From the NCBI GenBank assembly GCA_963674595.2, contig CAXXFV010000017.1, positions 98,364 to 162,363 of the forward strand: a DNA stretch of 64,000 bases, given 5' to 3'. Position numbers and translations under genes: made by a program. Position 1 is the stretch's first letter. Every line of letters starts with the position of its first letter. Source of the DNA: a bacterium (GTDB taxonomy: Bacteria; Zhuqueibacterota; Zhuqueibacteria; Residuimicrobiales; Krinioviventaceae). Positions 38,082-48,678 of this stretch are shown here, in pieces. The notes beneath the pieces are model-generated. The model saw nothing but the letters and a program-made list of their open reading frames with translations, did no database searches and was not told the DNA's origin.

Positions 38082-39770
38082 ATGAGACGTTTATCAAAAA
38101 TTATTTTGATTGGATTACTTTTGTTTACAGGAAATTTTTTGTCCTGTAATTTTAAAAGTCCTGCTGAAAATGTAAAAATTATCTTTAACTCGGTAACCCG
38201 GCAAACGACAATTTCTGTCGATATTTTTGATTCTGCTACGGGTGTGCAGATCGGCTTGAATTCAGGATTAACAACCGATATTGAAATAACGGGTCCGGAC
38301 AAAGACAAAGTGACCAAATTTTCCGGTGAACCCATTACCAGCCTTTCCACTAACTGCGGTTTACTGCATTTTTGTATTTCTGAAAATTATACGCCCTCTG
38401 AAACAGACCCTATTCAACTATCTCTGCTTATTGAAGCCACAGGGTATGTATCGACAAACTTGCCGATTACATTGTTCAGCTCTGGAAATCATTCTTTTAT
38501 CGTCAATATGGTTAATAAAAACAATCCACCCACAGGTGTAAATGTAATTACAGTAGATAACGGTGTAACCGATGTCGGCGGACAGGTTGCGGCTACTTTT
38601 CAGGTCCAAACTGCAGCCGATCCGGTAACAAATACAAAAGCAATTATTACCATTCCGGCAGGAACGGTTGTAACGAATGCCAATGGCGCCCCTCTAATGG
38701 GAAATTTACAAACAACAATTGTCTATTTTAACGGCAGGTCTGAACAAGCGCTGCGTACATTTCCCGGCGGTTTTTTTGTTAATTTGATTAATGAAGATGG
38801 AAGTTTGGTAAATGAAAACTTTATCACCTGTGGTTGGGCGGATATTCAAATAAAGGACATGAGCGGTAAAACAGCAAAATATTTTGATCCGGCTATTGAA
38901 GTTAATTTGCAGGTACCAAACGATCAGTATAATTGGCTTAAAAAAACCGCATTAACAAGCGGAGATGAAATACCGGCCTGGCATTACGTCGATGAGTATG
39001 CCTATTGGGCATTTGAAGGTAATGCTGTTACCGATGGACCAAATGCTGATGGCGTCTATAACGCTCGCTGGCAGACAAAACATCTTTCCAAAGTAAATCT
39101 GGATTTTCCGATAATAATTATTCCGCCGCCTCCTCCACCGTGGCCGTGGCCTCCATTTCCATGGCCGCCGCCGCCACCACCACCGCCGCCGCCACCACCT
39201 CCTCCTGTACCGGTTCGTATTATTTTGCCGACACCACCTGATTGTGCTTTTGAAACAGTTATAATAATGATGAAAAGACTTTTCGACGATACCTATTTTT
39301 ATTTTAGTGGTTATATTACTGCTGATGATCCTGTATTGGAACTGGTTGGAATGCCCTGTAACATTCCGGTGCGGGTGGAAGCCTGGGCCGGTTGTCCATT
39401 AACAATACGTGGCTATGTTGACGTACAGGATTTGTGCAGTGTTGGTCAAATTGATATTCCCATTAGTTGTTTGCCGGGTTCGGTGGGTACCGGTGAGCTT
39501 ATTAATGTTCCGGTTACTATCTATGGATATTGTGCCAGCAACCCGGATGTTCTGGTTGCACATAGCATCGGTGTTTGGAGCGATGATGGCTGCGGCTGGA
39601 AATTTGTCGGAATGATGGAGAACGGCCAAATTACATTACCTTCTTTAGAAGTCGGAAGGACCTATTCTTTTGGCATTTATTATGAAGGTGAATTTTATCA
39701 GGAATCATTTGTCGTCACTCAGGACGAACATACATATCTTTTTGAGCTACCGGCTGAAGCATGTAACTAG
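38082..39770 (+). CDS. Hypothetical lipoprotein with an internal polyproline tract
   Basis: FLSC lipobox; P6-WPWPPFPW-P14 tract; Cys-rich C-terminal half; start moved to ATG 38082 behind AGGAGG. Confidence 0.75.
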   Translation: MRRLSKIILIGLLLFTGNFLSCNFKSPAENVKIIFNSVTRQTTISVDIFDSATGVQIGLNSGLTTDIEITGPDKDKVTKFSGEPITSLSTNCGLLHFCISENYTPSETDPIQLSLLIEATGYVSTNLPITLFSSGNHSFIVNMVNKNNPPTGVNVITVDNGVTDVGGQVAATFQVQTAADPVTNTKAIITIPAGTVVTNANGAPLMGNLQTTIVYFNGRSEQALRTFPGGFFVNLINEDGSLVNENFITCGWADIQIKDMSGKTAKYFDPAIEVNLQVPNDQYNWLKKTALTSGDEIPAWHYVDEYAYWAFEGNAVTDGPNADGVYNARWQTKHLSKVNLDFPIIIIPPPPPPWPWPPFPWPPPPPPPPPPPPPPVPVRIILPTPPDCAFETVIIMMKRLFDDTYFYFSGYITADDPVLELVGMPCNIPVRVEAWAGCPLTIRGYVDVQDLCSVGQIDIPISCLPGSVGTGELINVPVTIYGYCASNPDVLVAHSIGVWSDDGCGWKFVGMMENGQITLPSLEVGRTYSFGIYYEGEFYQESFVVTQDEHTYLFELPAEACN

Positions 39771-39921
39771 AGTATGGACTGAAATAAATATATAGGGCGG
39801 CTATTTAGGGGGACTAAAATTTAGTAGGATTTATTTTTAATTCTTTTAAATTAATACCATATTGTTTTGGAAAATATATTGTTATATATTGATTTTTGGC
39901 TTTTTGGGAAAGGTTGACGAT

Positions 39922-40860
39922 ATGGTAAAGAAAAGAGTGCTCGTTACAGGTGGAGGCGGCTTTTTGGGCAGTCATTTATGCGAAAGACTGTTGGATGACG
40001 GTAATGAGGTTGTTTGTGTAGATAATTTTTATACAGGGTCGAAACAAAATATAATTCATTTATTAGATAATCCATATTTTGAATTGTTAAGGCACGATAT
40101 TACCTGGCCTTTATATGTAGAGGTTGATGAAATTTTCAACCTGGCTTGTCCCGCATCACCGATCCATTATCAACGCGATCCGGTACAAACAACCAAAACC
40201 TCTGTACACGGGGCAATCAATATGCTGGGTTTGGCGAAACGTGTTAAAGCAAAAATTCTCCAGGCCTCAACCAGTGAAGTTTATGGTGATCCCAGCGTTC
40301 ATCCTCAAAAAGAAGACTATTGGGGTAATGTAAACCCTGTCGGCCTTCGTTCCTGTTACGATGAGGGAAAACGCTGTGCTGAAACATTATTTTTTGATTA
40401 TTACAGACAGCACAAATTAAGGATCAAAGTCATCCGTATTTTTAATACCTATGGCCCCCGAATGCATCCCAATGACGGACGGGTTGTGAGCAACTTTATT
40501 TTGCAGGCCTTGCAAAATAAACCCATTACAATCTACGGCGAAGGCAGCCAAACACGGTCTTTTTGCTTTATGACGGATTTGATTGATGGGATGGTTAAAA
40601 TGATGCAAACAAAAGATGATTTTACAGGTCCTGTTAACCTGGGTAATCCGCACGAAAGTACGATTTTAGAACTTGCTGAAGCCATCATCAGGCTTACCAA
40701 TTCGTCATCAAAGATCGTTCACAAAGACCTGCCGCAGGACGATCCGATCCGCCGAAAACCGGATATTTCTCTGGCCAAAGAAAAATTAAACTGGCAGCCT
40801 GTTGTTGATCTTGAAACAGGGTTAAAGGAGACAATAAACTATTTTAATAAAGTTTTTTAA
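39922..40860 (+). CDS. uxs: UDP-glucuronate decarboxylase (UDP-xylose synthase)
   Basis: [48 protein letters not shown]. Confidence 0.93.
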   Translation: MVKKRVLVTGGGGFLGSHLCERLLDDGNEVVCVDNFYTGSKQNIIHLLDNPYFELLRHDITWPLYVEVDEIFNLACPASPIHYQRDPVQTTKTSVHGAINMLGLAKRVKAKILQASTSEVYGDPSVHPQKEDYWGNVNPVGLRSCYDEGKRCAETLFFDYYRQHKLRIKVIRIFNTYGPRMHPNDGRVVSNFILQALQNKPITIYGEGSQTRSFCFMTDLIDGMVKMMQTKDDFTGPVNLGNPHESTILELAEAIIRLTNSSSKIVHKDLPQDDPIRRKPDISLAKEKLNWQPVVDLETGLKETINYFNKVF

Positions 40861-40887
40861 TATAGAAAATTATATTGTGTCGTATTT

Positions 40888-40917
40888 AACCGGAGCATGT
40901 TCATGTTCCGGTTTTTT
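40888..40917 (+). terminator. Intrinsic terminator
   Basis: AACCGGAGCATG-TT-CATGTTCCGGTTTTTT. Confidence 0.8.
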
Positions 40918-41018
40918 GTTTTATATGTTGATATGTAAACTGCAATATACTAATGAACATTTGAAAAAACAGGATATTCGAAAATAGCAGGGTAAAGGAT
41001 ATAGATTGATCGTGCAAT

Positions 41019-41110
41019 GGTTCTACCCTTATAAGGATTAGTATAAGGGCTTGGCCCTAAATCAAATATTTTTTTAAGTTATAAGATATAAAGGCAAAGC
41101 TTTTACTTTT
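41019..41110. repeat. Degenerate intergenic repeat family B, copy 1
   Basis: GGTTCTACCC...GGG.TTGGCCC...TCAAAT...AAGGCAAAG..TTTACTTTT shared with 49563-49640. Confidence 0.6.
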
Positions 41111-41137
41111 CTACACTTTTTTACTTATGTTTTTGAT

Positions 41138-42238
41138 TTATGGTATTATCATCGTATACGCCATCGAAATGTTTATTTGATTAATAACCGACCTTGTTTC
41201 CAAATCAATCACATAAACTAAATTTGTATAATTACAACTAACAAAAGCCACTTCCTCGTCGGGCCTGACCAGTATTTGTGATGGCCCTGCAACTTTACCA
41301 GCAAGCTGGATTGTCTCTTTTATCGAATATCTATCTCCCTGAACATTGATAATATAAAATGTATCATAAGCGCCAATCAGGTATATCTCATCTCTTAACG
41401 GACTATAGGCCATATAGTAAGGATTCAGACTCCAGGGAAAAGTAAAAGGTGCTGTGTGAAGCTCTTGTGTTTCCAGATCATAACTGCCAAAATAAGCAGC
41501 AATGTCCCTGCTTCGTCCACCGGACAATTGGTAAGAAACATATATTTTTTTATTATCGTTAGAAAATATTACATCATAGATATAAACACTATCCTGATCT
41601 CCTTCATTTAAAATACATTTTAAATCCTTCAGACCGGATAAGGTGTCGTAGATATAAAGTTCCGAATAACTATCACCTGCAAGTAAATCTTTATTGACAG
41701 CAGTTAATTGTTGATCGCTCGAATGGTAAAACAATTTAATTAATGAAAAATCGGCTTCGTTAGATAGGTGTTCTACTATTTTTTTGTTTAAAAAATCATA
41801 AGAATATAGCCCCATACTGCGGTGGTTGAAATATGCGAGTCCGGGATTTGACGGAATGTTAGCGGCTTTAAATGATGGAATTCCATCAGCAATTAATCCT
41901 GTATTAAAATAATTATGGATTCGGTCATTCTTAATGTCATAACTATAAAAGTATAATTTATCAGTAGGTGAATCAGAAACAATCCCCTCACCAATTAAAT
42001 AATTATGGTTTGTTGAAAGTTCTAATCCCCACCAGTTTGACGTCTGGAAGGGAAATTTTAAGTCTATATCTCTTATAACCTGAAACGTTTTATAATCAAC
42101 TAAATATAATTTTGTGCCGGAATTTTGATAAACATACATTTTGTTATTGGTTGTACTTGAATTGTCATCCATCAGGTTTTTTTCGCATGAACATAGGGCA
42201 ATACATAACAAAACAAAAATCGTTTTTATAAATTGCAT
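41138..42238 (-). CDS. YncE-like beta-propeller lipoprotein
   Basis: LCSC lipobox; propeller-type repeats (V.VIDL.T..VI..I); start moved to ATG 42238. Confidence 0.65.
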   Translation of the reverse strand: MQFIKTIFVLLCIALCSCEKNLMDDNSSTTNNKMYVYQNSGTKLYLVDYKTFQVIRDIDLKFPFQTSNWWGLELSTNHNYLIGEGIVSDSPTDKLYFYSYDIKNDRIHNYFNTGLIADGIPSFKAANIPSNPGLAYFNHRSMGLYSYDFLNKKIVEHLSNEADFSLIKLFYHSSDQQLTAVNKDLLAGDSYSELYIYDTLSGLKDLKCILNEGDQDSVYIYDVIFSNDNKKIYVSYQLSGGRSRDIAAYFGSYDLETQELHTAPFTFPWSLNPYYMAYSPLRDEIYLIGAYDTFYIINVQGDRYSIKETIQLAGKVAGPSQILVRPDEEVAFVSCNYTNLVYVIDLETRSVINQINISMAYTMIIP

Positions 42239-42372
42239 GCTGGATTCATTTCTTTGAATTCGGTTATTAGTGATCAGATTTTTGTTCATCAATATGTTCC
42301 GAATCATTATTTTGCCCTATGTTATATTAATGTTGGGCTTTAGAAGGGGGTTCCAATTGAATTATAACTTCT

Positions 42373-42888
42373 TCATTGGTTGTCCTTAATATCCTTACAC
42401 ATCACCACCCTGTTATCAAGCCCTTTTTCTTTTTCTTCCTCTAAAATTTTTAAAAGAAGGGGAGGGGTTTCACTAATATTTAAAATTCTGAATCCATGTT
42501 TAGCATACCAGGGAGCATTCCACGGTATATGGCGAAACGTTGTGAGCGTTACATATTCAAATCCATGCTTAACGGCCAGATCAAAAACAGCATTCAGCAA
42601 GGCCGTTCCGATACCCTGACGTTGTACACGGGGATGCACATCTATTTGTAATAAATGGAAATACAATCCCATTTTTTGCATGTTCGCATACCCGACAGGC
42701 GTTGATTGATTTTCAAACGCTACCAGCGCAAGTCCGTTTTGCTGTGCATTTAGGTGATCTTGATAGGAAATCGTCTCGGATCTTAGATGTTCAGGTAGAT
42801 CAACGCTGTTGAAAATTGAAGCTGCGGCTCTTTCTATTTCCTGGAGAGCAGGAATATGAGATTTTTCTGCGAATTGAATTTTTATCAT
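42373..42888 (-). CDS. GNAT acetyltransferase
   Basis: VHPRVQRQGIGTALL, LTTFRHIPWNAPWY. Confidence 0.9.
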   Translation of the reverse strand: MIKIQFAEKSHIPALQEIERAAASIFNSVDLPEHLRSETISYQDHLNAQQNGLALVAFENQSTPVGYANMQKMGLYFHLLQIDVHPRVQRQGIGTALLNAVFDLAVKHGFEYVTLTTFRHIPWNAPWYAKHGFRILNISETPPLLLKILEEEKEKGLDNRVVMCKDIKDNQ

Positions 42889-43602
42889 TTACTGTTTTTC
42901 CTGATTTTTAAAATGTGATGAAAAAGGGTACGTAATGCCGATATTAAAAAATACAGAATGATTGGTGAAAATGTCTGTTATTTCAGGATATGAATATTTT
43001 TCCGGCGCAGATGATCTCATCTCTAAAACATAACGGATTTCCGGCATTAAAATAAAATTGGAAAACAAAATTTCATTGCCAATGCCGAGGTCAATTCCAC
43101 AGGTCAGATTCGGCATTCGTTTACTCACATCCTCATATCTGAAAAAAGTTCCCACCGTTGCATAATCTTCCTTTGCTTTAATTATTTTTTCAAATCGAAA
43201 GCCTGTTAAAAAATATAACCGGTTGAACCAGTTGGTTCTTGTTTTTAATAAAATCGGTAGTGAAATCAAGCTGTAATTTAGCTTAAACGCATAGGGCTCC
43301 ATTGACGGACCGGCATTAGGAATAATCTTTGATACGTGGACAATCCTTTTTTCATAAAATAATTCCGCAAGGATCGATATTTTTTCATACAGCCTGAATT
43401 CATTTGATAGGCCTATTTGATATTTTGGATTATAATTAATTTCAGGTTTTTGAGATAAATTGGACATGGAATAAACAGGTATCGTATAATTAAATCCGCC
43501 TTTAATTCCTATATGCAGTCCCTGTAGATTTTTCGATAACGCTGTAACAGGAAGTAAAAATAACAGCGCTATGAATGTTAATCGATATCTTTTTAATTGC
43601 AA
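42889..43602 (-). CDS. Outer-membrane beta-barrel (porin/PorT-like) protein
   Basis: Signal peptide, GIKGGFN, ISLPILLK, EIRY, N..VFFNIGITY. Confidence 0.7.
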   Translation of the reverse strand: MQLKRYRLTFIALLFLLPVTALSKNLQGLHIGIKGGFNYTIPVYSMSNLSQKPEINYNPKYQIGLSNEFRLYEKISILAELFYEKRIVHVSKIIPNAGPSMEPYAFKLNYSLISLPILLKTRTNWFNRLYFLTGFRFEKIIKAKEDYATVGTFFRYEDVSKRMPNLTCGIDLGIGNEILFSNFILMPEIRYVLEMRSSAPEKYSYPEITDIFTNHSVFFNIGITYPFSSHFKNQEKQ

Positions 43603-43774
43603 TGTGGCCCCTTTCCATAAAGCAGATTATCTGTATTGCCGCCATATTTTTTAACGTTATAAACCTCCAAAAGTTCATTCTCCCGGATGGATTATTATTA
43701 AGGACTTTGTCCTGCAATTTTTAAATACTCATAATGTAATCACCGGGTGATCAAAAAACGAGTTCTCCTCACTA

Positions 43775-46700
43775 TTAGTCAATATCGTTCAACATAATTT
43801 TCCTGATCTCTTTTTGAGGCACAGGTTCAAGATAAATCCTCACATCATCGATATAGCCGTTGAAAAATCGCTCGGGATTTTGGGCGTTGCGGCCGATATT
43901 CCATGGAACATCGGCATTGCCGATGGGATTTACTGTTCCGTCTTTTCCGACAAGTTCAATTTCTTTTTCGGCTGTCAATTCACCGTCAATATACAATTTT
44001 TGCAGATTACCCTCGGTAACGCCGGCAACATGGTGCCAGTTTCTGTTCCAGTTTTCCAGAACCGTTCCATAAGCTTCGCCCCGTTGATAGCCGCCGGTGT
44101 AAAAATTGACCGCCGTGTTTGATGCCCGGACCTGCAAAACGTTCCAATCGCCCTGCGTAAAAAAATCAGCAAAATTCTTTTCTTCCATAGGATATATCCA
44201 GGCCATCATTGACAATGTTTTGCTCTCAACAATTTTTTGCATCGATTCTGAATCGGGAATTTCAACATAATTCTGCTCCGGCGAATTTGTTTGGATGGCA
44301 CTGCCTAAAAGTCCTGGTACCCATTTAACATTGTTTATTACATTGCCATTGTTGCCCTTACCTGACAAATCTTTAACCTGGGTGCACATTGCCTCATCAA
44401 ATCCATACACCACCACCGGCTTATATCGTGCCGCCATGTAAATTGAGTCCGGTTTTTCGCCGGGCCTGTAAACTCTTAACTTTTGAGGTGCAAGATCGTT
44501 CATTGTTACATTCACAATTTCGGTGTTTTGAAAAACCTTTTTTAAATACACACTTTTTTCTTCACCGGGAGCAAGCTGTATCTCTTGTTTTATTATTTCC
44601 CCGTTTAATAAAAGTTGTGCCAAGGCAGTCCCTTTATAGCTCCCAATATTTTTTACGGATAGGTCAAATTGTACTGTCTTTCCCAATTCAACAACCGGCG
44701 GATTGGGAATTTTAAAATCCGAAAACACAAACGTTGGTTTAACAGCTTTAACCATAACACGCTGATGAAATTTTGGAGAAATACCAACAAGATGGTCACC
44801 CGGCGTATAAAGTCTTATTAGTGTCTTGACCGATTTTTGAGCTCCGGCATCAATAATAACTGATTCGCTTTTCAGGTTTTCATCATCAACAGCAAGTTGA
44901 AAATCAAAGGTACCGGGCGCATTGCCGGTATTTTCTATCAGGGTTTCAGCAATCAACGTTTCATCCGCTTTAACCGTTGTTTTATTGATGCTGAAATTTA
45001 AAATTTTGAAATTTGGTTTTCCAACAGTCATGGATGCTGCCGCTTGTTGATTAGAGCCTTTATTTGGTTCAGGGCTTATTACGAATACCAGTTGACCGCC
45101 GTTCATGATCTCATCATGTCCGATCCAAAGCCTGTCTAAAACCTGTCCGTTTAATTCTACGGATGAAACGTATTTATTTTCAACGGACTTTTTCTTTGCA
45201 ACAATCGTTAAAAATTTTCCGTTCGGCAACCGCACTCTCATTTCATCAAACAGCGGAACACCAAGATCGTATATGGGGCGGCCCGGACACACCGGATAAA
45301 TTCCCATGGCGCTTAACACATACCACGCAGACAGCGCACCCAAATCATCATTACCGGGCAAACCGCCGGGTTCGGTGGTGTAATTCATTTCCCGAACAGC
45401 ATCAACCCATTTTTGCGTAAGCCAGGGAGTTCCGGCATAGTTAAACAAATAAGCATAATGCAGGGGCGGCTCGTTATCGTGGACATAATGATTTTCCCGG
45501 AAACATAAATTCAATTTATCCGAAAATTTTTTATTACCACCCATCAAATTAATCAGACCTTGCACATCATGCGGCACAAACCAGGTATAGGTCCATGGGT
45601 CGCCCTCACGGAATCCTTCCTCAACCCATTCCCCGGCTTTGGTTTTTGCCTGCATAAATTTGGTGTCGGGATTTAAGATGTGTTGATAGCTGAATGCCCG
45701 TTTTATAAGCGTGTCGGCATCATCTGTCCGTCCCAGTTTTTTAGCCAACTGTGCAAGCGCCCAATCGTTATAGGCATATTCCAGTGTTTTGGTGACAGAA
45801 TAGCTTTGTTCCGCAGGAACATAACCATACTGTTTATAGATATCAATATCCGGTCTTGCGAACGGTGGCTGTAAAAGCGCTTTTCTCATGGCTTCATAGG
45901 CGCATTCAATATCAAAATTTGTAATGCCTTTAAAATAGCTGTCCACAATAACAGCGATATTGTGATTGCCAGTCATGGGGCCGGCCGGCAGTTGGCCGGT
46001 TTGTTTATAGCGGTCCAAAACAGACTTTATCATGTTTAACTGCTGGTGCGGCCACAGCAGCGTCAGCAGGGGATGTTTGCTGCGAAACGTATCCCACGGG
46101 GACAATTGCGAGTACCGGGGTTGCTGACCAACATCTGACTGCAAATGCGGATCAAGAAGCGAGTGATACACCGAGGTATAGAAAATCTCTTTTTGTTCTT
46201 TTGTGCCGCCTGTAATTTTGAATATCGACAATTGATCGTTCCAGATACCTAGTGCTTGGTTTCTGGCTTTTTCAAAATCCCAGTCCGGAATTTCAGTCAA
46301 CAAATTTTCTTTAGCCTGGGAAGAACCGGTTTTGGAAAAACCGATTTTCAGCAAGACGGTCCGGTTTTCATTGGGCGGCAATTCGATATAATACAAGTCA
46401 GTCAACTGTTTGCTGTTTTGAATCGGCTGGCATATTTTGATATAAAAAAAATAATCACCCCGGTTGCCAATAATCTCATTTTCGCCAGCAACATCGATCT
46501 GAGAAAAATCACTGAATATTATTTTTGCTTTATTGTTAGCGGGGAATTGGAAACGGCAAAATCCGGAGTGAGGCGATACCGTCAATTCTGCATGAATCTG
46601 CATATCCTGCAAAAAGACAGCATAATAACCGGGTTGAGCGCTCTCATTATCATGAGAGATCCCGGAGCCAAAATTTTTCTGACCATTTTTTATGTCCCCG

Positions 46701-47014
46701 AAAAATGGCATGATATAAACATGTCCCGAAGAGCCGGAGGGATAACCACTGGTGTGATTGATAAAACTAAACCAGTTTATATGCGGTTCAGCATAACGAT
46801 AGCCTTCCGGGGTGGCCTGCACCATTCCAAAGGGCAGCGCTGCACCCGGATAGGTGCCTCCGTTTGACTCCCATTTGGAAGGCCGCACGGAATTGGCAGT
46901 ACCGATAAAAGGGTTTACATATTCAACAGGAGAGAGTTCGGGGTTGGCCGCTTGAACGACTGAACTCAATAAAAATAACAAAACCAGTACAGCCCAATTA
47001 CTTTTCATGTTCAT
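43775..47014 (-). CDS. GH92 alpha-mannosidase with C-terminal Ig/CARDB-like and LamG domains
   Basis: YVNPFIGT, PGA.LPFGMVQ, WDTFR, TLEYAYND, YTWFVPHD, HDNEP, PGNDDLG.LSAW; LamG W.HVA...FNGYIDDVRIY. Confidence 0.92.
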   Translation of the reverse strand: MNMKSNWAVLVLLFLLSSVVQAANPELSPVEYVNPFIGTANSVRPSKWESNGGTYPGAALPFGMVQATPEGYRYAEPHINWFSFINHTSGYPSGSSGHVYIMPFFGDIKNGQKNFGSGISHDNESAQPGYYAVFLQDMQIHAELTVSPHSGFCRFQFPANNKAKIIFSDFSQIDVAGENEIIGNRGDYFFYIKICQPIQNSKQLTDLYYIELPPNENRTVLLKIGFSKTGSSQAKENLLTEIPDWDFEKARNQALGIWNDQLSIFKITGGTKEQKEIFYTSVYHSLLDPHLQSDVGQQPRYSQLSPWDTFRSKHPLLTLLWPHQQLNMIKSVLDRYKQTGQLPAGPMTGNHNIAVIVDSYFKGITNFDIECAYEAMRKALLQPPFARPDIDIYKQYGYVPAEQSYSVTKTLEYAYNDWALAQLAKKLGRTDDADTLIKRAFSYQHILNPDTKFMQAKTKAGEWVEEGFREGDPWTYTWFVPHDVQGLINLMGGNKKFSDKLNLCFRENHYVHDNEPPLHYAYLFNYAGTPWLTQKWVDAVREMNYTTEPGGLPGNDDLGALSAWYVLSAMGIYPVCPGRPIYDLGVPLFDEMRVRLPNGKFLTIVAKKKSVENKYVSSVELNGQVLDRLWIGHDEIMNGGQLVFVISPEPNKGSNQQAAASMTVGKPNFKILNFSINKTTVKADETLIAETLIENTGNAPGTFDFQLAVDDENLKSESVIIDAGAQKSVKTLIRLYTPGDHLVGISPKFHQRVMVKAVKPTFVFSDFKIPNPPVVELGKTVQFDLSVKNIGSYKGTALAQLLLNGEIIKQEIQLAPGEEKSVYLKKVFQNTEIVNVTMNDLAPQKLRVYRPGEKPDSIYMAARYKPVVVYGFDEAMCTQVKDLSGKGNNGNVINNVKWVPGLLGSAIQTNSPEQNYVEIPDSESMQKIVESKTLSMMAWIYPMEEKNFADFFTQGDWNVLQVRASNTAVNFYTGGYQRGEAYGTVLENWNRNWHHVAGVTEGNLQKLYIDGELTAEKEIELVGKDGTVNPIGNADVPWNIGRNAQNPERFFNGYIDDVRIYLEPVPQKEIRKIMLNDID

Positions 47015-47204
47015 ATCATTACACTTTTAATTTTAAGATGAACCGTAATATAGAAATTAAGTTGGGACTGTTCAAGTGTTAATATTCATGGCGGGATTAA
47101 ATATTTTCTGTTATTACACAGGGGATGGTGGGTCTATTTTGGATACCCAATAATTGCTTGGCAGACTTTTATTTAACATTGCAATCCAATTTAATATGTT
47201 TTTA

Positions 47205-47237
47205 TTGCCGGGTCATAAGCTATGACCCAGCCTGCGA
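47205..47237 (-). repeat. REP-like palindrome, family A copy 1
   Basis: Minus strand TCGCAGGCTGGGTCATAGCTTATGACCCGGCAA starting directly after the M48 stop codon. Confidence 0.7.
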
Positions 47238-48443
47238 TTAATTTTGACTTGAATGATATACGATATCGTCTTCAGTGCTGTTTTTTCTATCTACACCTAC
47301 ACTCCATAAAAAATAATTCTCACCATCAATTTGATAGCCATAATTTTTACCATCAAAAGGATCTTTTGGCTCTTCTTTGCCGGACCTAAACAAAGACCAG
47401 GCTGCAGATAAAGAATAATTTTCATCAGATGGAAGAGTCCCTGTTTTTAATTTCACTTCTTCTACAAGTTCAGCAAGAATTTTTAAATCCGAGTGAACAG
47501 ATTGTATTGCCATTTTTTCATCTATAATAACAGGAAAAGTTGACTCTGCCTGTTCTGCATTTACTTGTCTTTCTGCCATTGCTTTTTTAAATGTTGGTAT
47601 AATTTTTATAATAGCCACGGCCGATAGTATTATTGGCAGCATTGTAGCTACCAGCAATATTGTGAAAGCCCGCACATTTCCTTTACTTGTATTTGTCTTT
47701 ACTTGGTTCAGCTCCGGAGCGAGGACTGAAATACGGTCACATAATGGAGGATGAGTTGATAACCATTTACCAATAGTCAGGAAACCACTTGTATAATCTT
47801 TTTTTTGATTAATCATCTCTGTAAGATTTACCTGAGGTCCTTTTTGGGCTCCTGCTGCTAAAATGGCTAAACCTAATAATGCACCGTTTTTGTCTCCACT
47901 CAATACAGCACCATATTGATCACATGTATATTCTCTGGCACGAGAAAGCGCTTGACCAATAAATGGAAATATCAATCCGGGAAACAAGAACCAGACCAAA
48001 TTTAGGTGTCCTGCCTTAACATGACCAAGTTCATGTCCAATGATCATATCTCTTGCAGATTCATTATCTTCACAAGCGTCAAGCAGGTCAGAGTACAGGA
48101 TTATGATGTTTGATGCAAACAGTTTTGTTGCCAGGGCATTTAATGCACCTCCTGCTTGCATTATGTATGCATCCGGCACTTTATTTAAATTAATTCTATC
48201 AGATAATTTATGTATTCTGTTATACAACTCCGGGAATTGATTTGGACCTAACTTAACGGCATTTCCTCTGACATGTGCTATAAATGCTAAATGAGCCAAA
48301 AAGAAAAACACACCGATAAAAGCAGCGTAAATAATTCCAATAATAGATACGCATAAAAGAATCCAAAGACCTGTAGATATTAATAATACCAGTGCAAACA
48401 AGGGTTCTTCAGTGTGCCATTTTTTAATATCTATTGGTTCCAA
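47238..48443 (-). CDS. M48 (HtpX/Ste24-like) zinc protease with a C-terminal GspG-like pseudopilin domain
   Basis: LNA.A, GHELGH, SRAREYTCD, STHP; C-terminal TM then PKDPFDG..YGY...FLWSVG.D....DDI. Confidence 0.82.
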   Translation of the reverse strand: MEPIDIKKWHTEEPLFALVLLISTGLWILLCVSIIGIIYAAFIGVFFFLAHLAFIAHVRGNAVKLGPNQFPELYNRIHKLSDRINLNKVPDAYIMQAGGALNALATKLFASNIIILYSDLLDACEDNESARDMIIGHELGHVKAGHLNLVWFLFPGLIFPFIGQALSRAREYTCDQYGAVLSGDKNGALLGLAILAAGAQKGPQVNLTEMINQKKDYTSGFLTIGKWLSTHPPLCDRISVLAPELNQVKTNTSKGNVRAFTILLVATMLPIILSAVAIIKIIPTFKKAMAERQVNAEQAESTFPVIIDEKMAIQSVHSDLKILAELVEEVKLKTGTLPSDENYSLSAAWSLFRSGKEEPKDPFDGKNYGYQIDGENYFLWSVGVDRKNSTEDDIVYHSSQN

Positions 48444-48514
48444 TCTTTCCTCCTTAAATAGTTATTTAGTTAATGTGAATATGATTCGACAAGGGATCGT
48501 TTAAAACATTCTAA

Positions 48515-48608
48515 TGTTTATCCCCCTTGGATGGATAAAATATTTATTCTGGTCCTTAAATTTGTTTGCAAGGGCTAGAAATATAAGGGGGAATTTGCCC
48601 TGTTCAAT
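48515..48608. repeat. Highly degenerate family B-related segments
   Basis: CCC.TGGATGGATAAA shared with 49570-85; TATAAGGG...GCCCT similar to 41042-58. Confidence 0.35.
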
Positions 48609-48678
48609 ACATTAGAATATGTAATCTTAAAAATTTTACCTAATAGCGCCTTGGGACTATTCTTAGGGTGAGTAGAAA

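Noticed and set aside
47121-47150. Inverted partner REP forming a REPIN with 47205-47237
   Set aside because: Only a weak GGGT...ACCC hairpin with poor identity to family A
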